A stretch of 64,000 nucleotides of DNA from an uncultured Verrucomicrobiae bacterium. Lineage in GTDB: Bacteria > Verrucomicrobiota > Verrucomicrobiia > Limisphaerales > JAFGQR01. This document shows, one piece after another, positions 29,794 to 38,773 of this stretch; positions within the stretch are counted from its first letter, which is position 1; every line of letters starts with the position of its first letter. The position numbers were made by a program, and so were the translations under genes. Below the pieces are notes generated by a model. It worked only from the letters and a program-made list of their open reading frames with translations, did not search any database and was not told the origin of the DNA. The stretch covers positions 224,001 to 288,000 of the forward strand of contig CAWBHS010000088.1 of NCBI GenBank assembly GCA_963788655.1, read 5' to 3'.

Positions 29794-30348
29794 CTAGATT
29801 GACTCGGCGACGTCCTTCGCGAGACTGGTCGTTATCGACGAGACGTCCGCCGTGTCGCCCGAGAAGTAGGTGACCTGGATGAAGTAGTCGGCGACCGCCA
29901 TGCCAAGGATGCTGCCGTTCGCCACCGTGTAGGCGCTGTCGCCGCCCGTGACCGTGACGTCCGTCGCCGCCCCCATCGAGCTTTCGGCGGATGACCGCTG
30001 GGTGGTGACCGTGTTTGCCCCAGCCGTGACAAGAACCTGAACGTACGGGGACGCGCCGCTCGAGGGCAGCCAATCGCATATGCGTTGGTTAGCGTTGGAA
30101 AGCTTGGCGTTCTCTTTCCCCGGCTGAAGCGAGACGTTCGCGGCAGCCTTGATAAGCCGTTCGTTCAGCATCAAGCAGGGGTCGGGAAGTTTGCTGTTCG
30201 CCGCGGCGGCAACGTTGGAGGACGTCGGCGTGCTGGACGCGTTCGTCGTGCTGCAAGCGGTGAGGGAGAGGCCGAGCGCGAGTACGCTCGCGGCGGCGAA
30301 GGTTCCCCGGATAACTCTCCGTGAACTAGGAACGCGTGCGGATATCAT
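29794..30348 (-). CDS. Lipoprotein (DUF3558-like)
   Basis: LSLTACS lipobox; DPC.ML...ICDW; paralogue of 38155..38628. Confidence 0.75.
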   Translation of the reverse strand: MISARVPSSRRVIRGTFAAASVLALGLSLTACSTTNASSTPTSSNVAAAANSKLPDPCLMLNERLIKAAANVSLQPGKENAKLSNANQRICDWLPSSGASPYVQVLVTAGANTVTTQRSSAESSMGAATDVTVTGGDSAYTVANGSILGMAVADYFIQVTYFSGDTADVSSITTSLAKDVAESI

Positions 30349-30445
30349 GGCAATTCCTCCTTTTGGCCCAACGACAAAAACCTTCCTTCAATGGAACGCA
30401 TATGCGTCGAATTCTGTTTCCGCGGATTCTCGCTAGGCTCGCCCG

Positions 30446-32128
30446 GTGGGCCATCTCCAAGTCTCCGGCGTCGGGTACGTGCTCGGCGACGGCCGTCGCC
30501 TCCTCCGCGACGTGTCTTTCAAGGTGGGCGTGGGCCAGCGCGTCGCGCTCGTCGGCCCTAATGGCACGGGAAAGACCACGCTGACCCGCATCGTCACAGG
30601 AGACGTCGCCCCGCACGAGGGAACCGTCGCCGTGACAGGGAGCCTCGGCGTCATGCGCCAATTCATCGGCTCGATCCGCGACGATTCGACCGTCGCGGAT
30701 CTGTTGCTCGCCCTCGCGCCGGATCGCCACCAGGGCCTCGCGGAGCGCGTCAAGGTCACCGAGACCGCGATGCACGAGACGCGATCCGAACGCGACCAGA
30801 TGGCCTACGCCGACGCGGTGATCGCGTGGGGCGACGCGGGAGGGTACGACCTAGAGAACCTTTGGGACGTGTGCACGGTCGCGGCGCTGGGGGTTCCGTT
30901 CGATCGAGCGGGCGCGCGGCCCGTCACGACGCTCTCCGGTGGGGAACAGAAGCGCCTCGCCCTGGAAGCGCTCCTGCGGGGGGAGCAGGAGGTGCTCATC
31001 CTCGACGAGCCGGACAACTACCTCGACGTTCCCAGCAAGCGGTGGCTCGAGGAGCAGTTGATCGCATCGCGCAAGTCCATCCTGCTCGTGTCCCACGACC
31101 GCGAGGTGCTGAGCCGCGTCGCGACCGCCGTCGTGACTATCGAGCGCAACGCCAACGGCAACACGGTCTGGACCCACGCTGGCCCGTGGGGCACCTACCG
31201 GGACGCGCGCGAGGCGCGCAACGCTCGCATGGCGGAGGAGCTCCGGCGGTGGGACGAGGTTCACGCGGACATCATCGAGGAGGTACGGACGATGCGTCAG
31301 CGCGCGGCGATCTCGCCCGACCTCGCGTCGCGGTACCAGGCGGCGCAGACCAAGCTTCGGAAGTTCGAGGAGGCGGGCAAGCCCGAGCCCGTGCCGCTCG
31401 CCGAGAACGTCACCATTCGGCTGAAGGGCGGCCGCACCGCCAAGCGCGCGGTGACCGTGAAGGCGCTCGAGCTCACGGGGCTCATGAAGCCGTTCGACTC
31501 GGAGATATGGTTCGGCGACCGCGTCGCGCTGCTCGGGAGCAACGGCTCGGGCAAGTCGCACTTCCTGCGCCTTCTCGCGGCGGGTGGCTCGGACCCTGAC
31601 GACGAACACCGCCCCGTCACGGACATGGTCCCGGATCCCGTCGCTCATACGGGCAGGGTCGCGCTCGGCTCGCGGGTGCGTCCCGGCTGGTTCGCTCAAA
31701 CCCACGCGCACCCCGAGTGGCAGGGCAAGGCGCTGCTCGACATCCTTCATCGAGGTGACGATCACCGCGCCGGCCTTGCCCGCACGGCCGCGACGGGCGT
31801 CCTCGACCGCTACGGCCTCGGCGCGTCGGCGGAGCAGGCGTTCGACACGCTCTCCGGCGGTCAGCAGGCGCGCTTTCAGGTGCTGCTCATCGAGCTCGCA
31901 GGCGCCACTCTGCTGCTGCTCGACGAGCCAACCGACAACCTCGACCTCGAGTCGGCGGAGTCCCTCGAGGTTGCCATCGCGGCGTTCGAGGGCGCGGTCA
32001 TCGCCGTGACACACGACCGCTGGTTCGCCCGCTCCTTCGAGAGATTCCTCGTGTTCGGGGAGGACGGACGGGTCGTAGAAAGCGCCGAACCCGTGTGGGA
32101 CGCGGGACGCGTCGACCGCGAACGCTAA
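30446..32128 (+). CDS. ABC-F family ATPase
   Basis: Two NBDs (GPNGTGKT/LSGGE/LDEP; GSNGSGKS/LSGGQ/LDEPT), no TM. Confidence 0.92.
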   Translation: MGHLQVSGVGYVLGDGRRLLRDVSFKVGVGQRVALVGPNGTGKTTLTRIVTGDVAPHEGTVAVTGSLGVMRQFIGSIRDDSTVADLLLALAPDRHQGLAERVKVTETAMHETRSERDQMAYADAVIAWGDAGGYDLENLWDVCTVAALGVPFDRAGARPVTTLSGGEQKRLALEALLRGEQEVLILDEPDNYLDVPSKRWLEEQLIASRKSILLVSHDREVLSRVATAVVTIERNANGNTVWTHAGPWGTYRDAREARNARMAEELRRWDEVHADIIEEVRTMRQRAAISPDLASRYQAAQTKLRKFEEAGKPEPVPLAENVTIRLKGGRTAKRAVTVKALELTGLMKPFDSEIWFGDRVALLGSNGSGKSHFLRLLAAGGSDPDDEHRPVTDMVPDPVAHTGRVALGSRVRPGWFAQTHAHPEWQGKALLDILHRGDDHRAGLARTAATGVLDRYGLGASAEQAFDTLSGGQQARFQVLLIELAGATLLLLDEPTDNLDLESAESLEVAIAAFEGAVIAVTHDRWFARSFERFLVFGEDGRVVESAEPVWDAGRVDRER

Positions 32129-32149
32129 CGACGGCTTAGGCTCGATTCC

Positions 32150-33334
32150 GTGAATCCCTTCGAGCAGCTCACCCTCGACGACCTCCGTAGGCGAACCTCC
32201 ATCAAGTGGACCCGCTACGACCCGGACGTTCTGCCGCTGTGGGTAGCCGAGATGGACGTTGCCCTTGCTCCGCCGGTACGCGAGGCGCTCGAACGCGCGG
32301 TGCGCGACGGCGACACGGGCTACGTCGGCTCGGCCCCGTACCCCGAGGCGTTCGCCGCGTTCGCGGAGCGTCGGTGGGGTTGGGGCGTCGACCCGGGGCT
32401 CATCGCGCCCGTCTCGTCCGTCATCGAGGGGTACACGCACGCGCTCGTGCTCGCGACCGATCCGGGCGGCGAGGTCGTGGTCAACCCGCCCGTGTACCCG
32501 CCGTTCTTCAGCCACCTTGAGGCGGCGGGGCGCACGCTACGCGAGGCCCCGCTCGGCGCCGACATGCGGCTCGACCTCGACGCACTCGGCGAGGCGTTCG
32601 CCGCGGCTACCGCGCCAGCGACGCCGGGAGGCGTGCGTCGGCGTGCTGGTTTCCTCCTGTGCAGCCCGCATAATCCCGGCGGCACGGTCCACACGCGGGA
32701 GGAGCTCGCGGCCGTCGCGGTGCTCGCGGACGCCTACGGCGTAGCCGTCGTCTCGGACGAAATCCACGCCCCGCTCGTGTACTCCGACGCGGAGTTCACC
32801 CCGTACCTCGCCGTTTCCGATTCGGCTATCGCGCTCCACGCGGCGTCCAAGGCGTTCAACCTCGCCGCGATCCCCGCGGCCCTCGCCGTCGCGGGGGAGG
32901 GCTCGCGCGAGTGGCTCGCACGCTTCCGTGCTGCGGTGCATCCGTGGCCGACGCACTTCGGAGCGATCGCCCAGGCGGCGGCCTATGCCTCGGGCGACGC
33001 GTGGCTCGACGACCTTCTGGGCGGGCTCGAGGCAAACCGGGACGAGCTGGAGAGGGTCATTGCCTCGGACCTTCCGGGGGTGTCGGCGCATCACGCGGAG
33101 GGGACGTATCTCGCCTGGCTCGACTTCCGCGGCATCGCCGACGCCGGCGGCAACGACCTGGGCGACGACCCGGCCGCGGTTCTACTGGAGCGCGGCAGGG
33201 TCGCGCTCAACTCTGGTCCGACGTTCGGCACGGGCGGCGCCGGTCACGCGCGACTCAACTTCGCGACGCACCCCGAAATTCTCTCCGAGGCTCTGGAGCG
33301 CGTCGCGTCCGTCGTCGAAGTAGAAGGGCGCTAG
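32150..33334 (+). CDS. MalY/PatB family PLP C-S lyase
   Basis: SIKW, LPLWVAEMD, CSPHNPGG, SDEIH, ASKAFN, EGTYLAWLD. Confidence 0.9.
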   Translation: MNPFEQLTLDDLRRRTSIKWTRYDPDVLPLWVAEMDVALAPPVREALERAVRDGDTGYVGSAPYPEAFAAFAERRWGWGVDPGLIAPVSSVIEGYTHALVLATDPGGEVVVNPPVYPPFFSHLEAAGRTLREAPLGADMRLDLDALGEAFAAATAPATPGGVRRRAGFLLCSPHNPGGTVHTREELAAVAVLADAYGVAVVSDEIHAPLVYSDAEFTPYLAVSDSAIALHAASKAFNLAAIPAALAVAGEGSREWLARFRAAVHPWPTHFGAIAQAAAYASGDAWLDDLLGGLEANRDELERVIASDLPGVSAHHAEGTYLAWLDFRGIADAGGNDLGDDPAAVLLERGRVALNSGPTFGTGGAGHARLNFATHPEILSEALERVASVVEVEGR

Positions 33335-34233
33335 CCCCACGGCAGCGGGATCTCCGGGTACAGCGTCGCGTCGTGAAGCTCACTGAGCGGCGCGCCGCCC
33401 GCGCGGATGCCGAGCCACCGCATGGGCCCGGGGCTCTCCGCGCCCGCACACCAACTCCGCCGTACGCCCTGATCGACGCGCACCGCGCTCCCCGCGCGCA
33501 CGGGAACGATCTCGTCGTCGAGCGCCATGACGCCCTCTCCCTCGAGAAACAGATAGAGCTCCTCGATGGTGGCGTGCGAGTGCCAGTAGTGCGCGCCCTC
33601 GCCGGGTTCGCGGGAGTTCACCGTCACGCCGATGAACTCGAGCGGCATCTCCTTGTCCAGCACGCGCCGTCCGGGGGCCGACGTGGCCTCGGAGTGGCCG
33701 CCGAAGGTGTCGCCCCATGCGCTCCGTGGTCCCGCCTCGACGCGCTGGCATCCCTCGGGGAGCGGAGCGTCAACCGGGTGGATCGTGAGCGGCGGCTCCC
33801 CGGGAGACCACGGAAGGGGGATGTCGCGCAGCGGCATCGCGTCAGACGGGATGGCCTCGATCGTCCCGCGCCCCGCGCGGATGCAGATCCAGGCGAGCGG
33901 GGCGGGACTCTCGGGTAGGCAGTACCAACTGCGCATGACGCCTTGACCCACGCGAATCGCGGAACCCGGCCCCACGCGGAACACCTCGTCCCCGAGCAGC
34001 ATCGCGCCGTCGCCGTCGAGGAAGACGTACAGCTCCTCGAGCACCGAATGCGCGTGGCGGTAGTCGGCGCCCTCGCCAGGCAGGCGCGAATTCACCGTGA
34101 TTCCCATGTACGTGAGGGGGAGTTCCTTCTCGACTACCCGACGCCCCTTCAGCGAGGACTCCGGACGGAAGCCGCCGTAGAACTCGCCCCACTGATCGAT
34201 CGATCCCACGTCAATAACCTCGTAGCCCGCCAT
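33331..34233 (-). CDS. Tandem (bi)cupin protein
   Basis: Two similar halves each with HxH..xEELY. Confidence 0.85.
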   Translation of the reverse strand: MAGYEVIDVGSIDQWGEFYGGFRPESSLKGRRVVEKELPLTYMGITVNSRLPGEGADYRHAHSVLEELYVFLDGDGAMLLGDEVFRVGPGSAIRVGQGVMRSWYCLPESPAPLAWICIRAGRGTIEAIPSDAMPLRDIPLPWSPGEPPLTIHPVDAPLPEGCQRVEAGPRSAWGDTFGGHSEATSAPGRRVLDKEMPLEFIGVTVNSREPGEGAHYWHSHATIEELYLFLEGEGVMALDDEIVPVRAGSAVRVDQGVRRSWCAGAESPGPMRWLGIRAGGAPLSELHDATLYPEIPLPWG

Positions 34234-34290
34234 GCTCTCAACTCCTCTCCGCCATGCACCAGCCTAGGGGCCGCGTCAGGCGATAGAAGA

Positions 34291-34325
34291 GCGGGCGCCC
34301 GGGTCGGGGAACCCGGACGCCCGCC
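34291..34325. terminator. GC-rich hairpin, probable terminator of the cytochrome b operon
   Basis: GCGGGCGCCCGGGT-loop-ACCCGGACGCCCGC, followed on the minus strand by TCTTCT. Confidence 0.5.
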
Positions 34326-34344
34326 GTAGCGAGATAGAAGAGTC

Positions 34345-35274
34345 TCACTCCTTGTTCCTGCGGTAGTAGGTGCGCCACACCAGCTTGTAGACGGGGATCT
34401 TCTCTGGAATGGCCCGGAGACCCGGGATGAACGGCACGAAGATCACCACCACCACGACGAGTCCCATCATGATGAAGATCAGCGCGTCGGCGTTGTCCGA
34501 GGACTTGAACGGCTCCACCTGGTACCAGAACGACACGGGGGCTAGCCACGGCTGTCCCGGGTAGTTGCCCGAGGAGTTGATCATCCCGAACTGGTCGCCG
34601 CCGAGGCTTCTGGCCACGGCCTGATCCTCGAGGTAGGTGCCGTCAGATAGCAGGAGCAGCGCCTTGGTGTCGTTGCCGCCGTAGAACGTTCCGGAGAGCA
34701 GTTGTTCGAGACCCCCCGACTTCGCGAGGGTCAAGGAAGGCGGAGCCGAGCTCGGGAACCGGGCCGTAGTCGCCGCTCCCTGCGCTCGCAGGATCTCCGC
34801 CCGCGGCATCGATCGCGTCGGCGTAGGCGGTGGCCCACGCCGTTTGTTGGTCGGCGGACGCGGCCTTCCACTGCCGCGAGCGCCGACGGTAAGGGCCGAG
34901 TCGCCCATGACGCTCTCGAGCGGCGTGATGACCAGATCGTTGGCCGAATTGATCGGCACGGTCACTCCGCCCCATCGCTGGGACGGGATGGGACCGAAGA
35001 ACTGGCCCGAGGAATTCGAGTTGTACGGCGGGCCGTACCCCGCGCTCTCGGACGTTCCGGCGAGCTCCGCGACCGCGGTGGTCACCACGTCGTTCGGGGC
35101 GGCGGTCGCCCAGGCCTTCATGGTGATCGCCTTCTCGTCCGGCGACGAGAAAACCGCCGCGAGTCCCAGGGCGAGGATGAGGATCACCGCGAACGCGATC
35201 ACGCCCTCCTTGACGAGGTCGTATCGCCGCGTCGGGAAGTCGTGCGAATCGGGGGTGGGCTTCCTGGCGCTCAT
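34345..35274 (-). CDS. Cytochrome b6 subunit IV-like membrane protein with large extracytoplasmic insert; compensating frameshifts ~34880 and ~34735
   Basis: YDLVKEGVIAFAVILILALGLAAVFSSP TM; GQPWLAPVSFWYQ then TM and PFIPGL; ATGA coupling to the cyt b stop. Confidence 0.65.
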   Translation of the reverse strand: MSARKPTPDSHDFPTRRYDLVKEGVIAFAVILILALGLAAVFSSPDEKAITMKAWATAAPNDVVTTAVAELAGTSESAGYGPPYNSNSSGQFFGPIPSQRWGGVTVPINSANDLVITPLESVMGDSALTVGARGSGRPRPPTNKRRGPPPTPTRSMPRAEILRAQGAATTARFPSSAPPSLTLAKSGGLEQLLSGTFYGGNDTKALLLLSDGTYLEDQAVARSLGGDQFGMINSSGNYPGQPWLAPVSFWYQVEPFKSSDNADALIFIMMGLVVVVVIFVPFIPGLRAIPEKIPVYKLVWRTYYRRNKE

Positions 35275-35942
35275 TTCTCCGCCTCCGTCACTCCGATGGG
35301 GGGAACGATGCCCCGGCGTCGCACGAGCAGGATGTGCCAGCCGATGAGGATGGCGAGCCCGAAGGGCAAGACGACGATGTGCCACAGGAGCATTCGCGCC
35401 GGATCCAGCACGTTGAAGAAGCCCCCGACGCCGATCGAGTTAATCCCGTCCTTCGCCTGCGCGGCGATCCACTGAGACTCGAAGTTCGTGGTCGACAGGT
35501 ACCCGGTGAACGCCGTCCCCACGGAAAGGAGGAACGCGATCATCCCTGTCATCCAGGTGGTCGCCCGCTTGCCCCGCCAGGCCGCCATCCAGAACTTTCC
35601 CCACAGGTGGATGACGAGGACCACGAAGAAGATCTCGACGCTCCACAGGTGAACCGAGTTGACGTAGTGCCCGAGCGCCGACGTGTGCCACCAGACGCTC
35701 CCGCCTATGGAAAGGGCGATGCCAGAGGCGACGATGACGACGAGCGAGGCGAGAGTCGCCATTCCGAAGACGTAGATCCACGACTGCATGTACGCCGGCT
35801 GGCGGTCGGGGAGCCACTGGCCCTTGGGCACGAGTCCGGTAATCCTGTCGCGCAGGACGACGGTCCAGTTGGCCTCAGGATTCCGGGGAGTCTCCGGCGC
35901 GGAAGACGTGGTCGAGGAGGTCTTGGCTGGCGCGGCGGTCAT
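35271..35942 (-). CDS. Cytochrome b/b6 N-terminal domain protein (4 TM, bis-heme)
   Basis: VH-x13-H in helix B, WH-x14-H in helix D, WMTG, FTGYL. Confidence 0.85.
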   Translation of the reverse strand: MTAAPAKTSSTTSSAPETPRNPEANWTVVLRDRITGLVPKGQWLPDRQPAYMQSWIYVFGMATLASLVVIVASGIALSIGGSVWWHTSALGHYVNSVHLWSVEIFFVVLVIHLWGKFWMAAWRGKRATTWMTGMIAFLLSVGTAFTGYLSTTNFESQWIAAQAKDGINSIGVGGFFNVLDPARMLLWHIVVLPFGLAILIGWHILLVRRRGIVPPIGVTEAEK

Positions 35943-36115
35943 TTCTTGCCTCCGCGCTTGGTTCCGTCGCGCCCCCCGGGGAACGGCAGGACGAGAGCCG
36001 CGACGAATATCGCGACTCCGATGAGAACGATGATGACGTTGGCCACGGAGATGTGGAAGGAGCCGACGTCGAAATATCGACCCGAGCCTTCCGCCATGGC
36101 AAGTGCGAGATGCAT
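35939..36115 (-). CDS. Unannotated 58-aa single-TM protein
   Basis: AAGGAG RBS; MHLALAMAEGSGRYFDVGSFHISVANVIIVLIGVAIFVAALVLPFPGGRDGTKRGGKK; stop overlaps cyt b ATG (ATGA). Confidence 0.8.
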   Translation of the reverse strand: MHLALAMAEGSGRYFDVGSFHISVANVIIVLIGVAIFVAALVLPFPGGRDGTKRGGKK

Positions 36116-36178
36116 GAGTACCCACTCCTTCTGGGCGTCGGCCTCATCCCTTGGGGTCTAGGCGTCCTCAACTACGCT

Positions 36179-36194
36179 ATGCCCGGCGGGGTAT
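36179..36194. promoter_or_regulatory. CsoR-family-type operator (1 mismatch)
   Basis: ATGCCC-GGCG-GGGTAT vs ATACCC-N4-GGGTAT at 55787 and 62992. Confidence 0.5.
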
Positions 36195-36195
36195 A

Positions 36196-36221
36196 CCTAT
36201 CTGAGAGTTTTCTCAGATAGG
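36196..36221. promoter_or_regulatory. Perfect 11-bp inverted repeat
   Basis: CCTATCTGAGA-GTTT-TCTCAGATAGG in the divergent intergenic region. Confidence 0.65.
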
Positions 36222-36274
36222 CGATGCTCAGGCGTGCGGTGTCCGCTTGAGCGGGAGCCGCCTAGGCTCGGCAC

Positions 36275-38158
36275 ATGACAGTACGCGGAGGCGGTAGCGG
36301 TGGGCGCGGGGGCGTGTCCCGGCTCGACATCGAAGGCCAGAAGGCCATCAACGCGGAGGCACCGCCCATCGCGCACCTGTGGCGCCGCGTCGGCAGCCTC
36401 TTCGCGCCGTACCGCTCGCGTATCGTCGCGACGGGCGCCCTCGTCGTCGTCACCTCCGCCGTCGCCGTTATCCCGCCGCTGATCGTCAAGCGGGTGTTTG
36501 ACCGCGCCCTGTTCCCCGCGGACGGCACGGGACCCCACGTCACGCTGCTCGCCGAGCTCGTCGGCATCATGGTGGGCCTCTACATCGCGAACGCCGGGCT
36601 CGGCATCTGGCAGACGTGGCTGACCTCAAACGTCGGCAACCGCGTCTCGGGCGACCTGCGCGTGCTGTTGTTCACCCGGCTGCAGGCGATGGATCTCGCG
36701 TTCTTCACCCGCACCAAGACCGGGGTGATTCAGTCGCGCCTCCAGAACGACGTCGGCGGCGTCTCCGGCGTGCTGACCAACACCGTCACGTCGATCGTCG
36801 GGAACACCGTCACGGTGGCGGCCTCGCTCGTCGCGATGCTCCTGCTCGACTGGCGCCTGACGCTCATCGCCGTGGTGCTGCTACCCGCGCTCGTCGTGGT
36901 CCAACGGCGTGTCGGACAGGTCAGGGCGCGGATAGCGTCGGCCACACAGGAGTCCCTCTCGGAGCTCACGTCGATCACGCAAGAGACGCTCAGCGTGTCC
37001 GGGATACTCCTGAGCAAATCCTTCAACCGTCAGCGCTTCGAGACCGAGCGTTACTCGGCCGAGAACCGCAACCAGATTTCGCTCCAGGTGCGCCAGGCGA
37101 TGAGCGGGCAGTGGTTCTTCGGCGTCGTGCACGTGATCATCGCGAGCGTGCCCGCGGCGATCTACCTCGCGGCCGGTCTGCTGGCGGCTCGCGGATCCGG
37201 CGGAGCGGCACCCGCGATCACGGCGGGCACGATCGTGGCGTTCACCGCGATCCAGGGACGCCTGCTGTTCCCTCTCATGGGATTGATGCGCGTGGCGCTC
37301 GACATCCAGACGTCGCGCGCGCTCTTCGCTCGCATCTTCGAATACCTCGACCTCGAGCCGAGCGTCCGGGACGCCGAGGATGCGATCGCCGTCGCGGACG
37401 CCCCCGGCCCCGTCGGGCGCGTTGAGTTCGACGCCGTCACCTTCCGCTACCCCGACGCCTCGCCCGAGTCGCGCCCGACGCTCGACCGGGTGTCGTTCGT
37501 CGCCGAGCCGGGCCAGCACGTCGCGATCGTCGGCCCCAGCGGTGCGGGAAAGACGAGCATGCTGTATCTGGCCCCGCGTATGTACGAGGCCTCCTCGGGG
37601 CGCGTCCTATTCTCGGGCGCGGACGTCCGCACCCTCACGCACGAGTCCGTGATCGACCACATCGGGATCGTCAGCCAGGAGACGTACCTGTTTCACGCCT
37701 CGATTGCGGAGAACCTGCGCTACGCGAAGCCGGACGCCGCGGACGCGGAGCTGGAGGCGGCCTGCCGCGACGCGAACATCCACGACCAGATCATGAGCTT
37801 CGAGCGCGGCTACGACACCATCGTGGGAGAACGCGGCTATCGCCTGAGCGGGGGAGAGAAGCAGCGCATTGCGATCGCGCGCGTCCTCCTCAAGGACCCT
37901 CCCGTCCTCCTTCTTGACGAGGCGACCTCGGCTCTCGACACCGTCTCGGAGCAGGTGGTGCAGGCGGCGCTGGACCGCGCGTCGCGCGGACGGACCACCA
38001 TCACCGTGGCGCACCGGCTTTCTACGGTGGACGACGCCGACGTCATTCACGTTGTCGAGGCGGGTCGCGTCGTGGAGTCAGGAACGCACGAGGAACTCCT
38101 GGGCGCGAATGGGCTGTACGCCCGGCTCGCCCGTCAGCAACGCGACTCCGTCGGCTAG
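36275..38158 (+). CDS. ABC transporter fused permease/ATPase
   Basis: TM domain + GPSGAGKT, LSGGEKQR, LLDEATSALD. Confidence 0.92.
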   Translation: MTVRGGGSGGRGGVSRLDIEGQKAINAEAPPIAHLWRRVGSLFAPYRSRIVATGALVVVTSAVAVIPPLIVKRVFDRALFPADGTGPHVTLLAELVGIMVGLYIANAGLGIWQTWLTSNVGNRVSGDLRVLLFTRLQAMDLAFFTRTKTGVIQSRLQNDVGGVSGVLTNTVTSIVGNTVTVAASLVAMLLLDWRLTLIAVVLLPALVVVQRRVGQVRARIASATQESLSELTSITQETLSVSGILLSKSFNRQRFETERYSAENRNQISLQVRQAMSGQWFFGVVHVIIASVPAAIYLAAGLLAARGSGGAAPAITAGTIVAFTAIQGRLLFPLMGLMRVALDIQTSRALFARIFEYLDLEPSVRDAEDAIAVADAPGPVGRVEFDAVTFRYPDASPESRPTLDRVSFVAEPGQHVAIVGPSGAGKTSMLYLAPRMYEASSGRVLFSGADVRTLTHESVIDHIGIVSQETYLFHASIAENLRYAKPDAADAELEAACRDANIHDQIMSFERGYDTIVGERGYRLSGGEKQRIAIARVLLKDPPVLLLDEATSALDTVSEQVVQAALDRASRGRTTITVAHRLSTVDDADVIHVVEAGRVVESGTHEELLGANGLYARLARQQRDSVG

Positions 38159-38628
38159 GCGCGCTCTGCTGCCTTCGTGGCCAATGCGATCGCGATGTCC
38201 GTGAGGTCGGCGCCGGAGGTGTCGATCACGGCGATCTGGATGAAGCGGTCGTCGATGACCATCCCGACGAGTTCGCCGTGGCCAGCAAGGTAGGCGTCTG
38301 TCGCTCCCGGGATCGTGATGTCGGTGCTCGATCCGAGTTGGGACTCGATATCCGAGCGCTGGGTCGCGACCTGGGCTCCGCCGTTGCTGACGAACACCTG
38401 CACGATCGGATACCCGCCGCCGACGGGCCGCCAGGCGCACACGGCTTGCGAATCGTTCGACAGGTCGTCGTCGAAATCGGCGCGCTGCATGGCGACGCCG
38501 GTCGTGTCCGCGACGATGGAACGCGACAGGAGGCTGCACGGGTCGGAGAAGGGGTCCGTGCTGCACGCCGTGAGGCTCAGAGTTCCCGCCAAGGCGAGTA
38601 GCGCAATCGTTGGCGTGGTTCTCTTCAC
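38155..38628 (-). CDS. Lipoprotein (DUF3558-like)
   Basis: LSLTACS; DPCSLL...VCAW; GAAGGAG RBS. Confidence 0.75.
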   Translation of the reverse strand: MKRTTPTIALLALAGTLSLTACSTDPFSDPCSLLSRSIVADTTGVAMQRADFDDDLSNDSQAVCAWRPVGGGYPIVQVFVSNGGAQVATQRSDIESQLGSSTDITIPGATDAYLAGHGELVGMVIDDRFIQIAVIDTSGADLTDIAIALATKAAERA

Positions 38629-38773
38629 GGTTCTTCTCCTTCGTGGGCGTCGAGGTTCGGAAGTCAGCCTAATGCCCCGCCGAAATGGCGATTACTGCGG
38701 TCCTGGTGTCGCATTGCTCACAAGACGCGGCATTTTCCTACCCCGTACCCGTTCGCGTCGCTATCTTGCGAAG

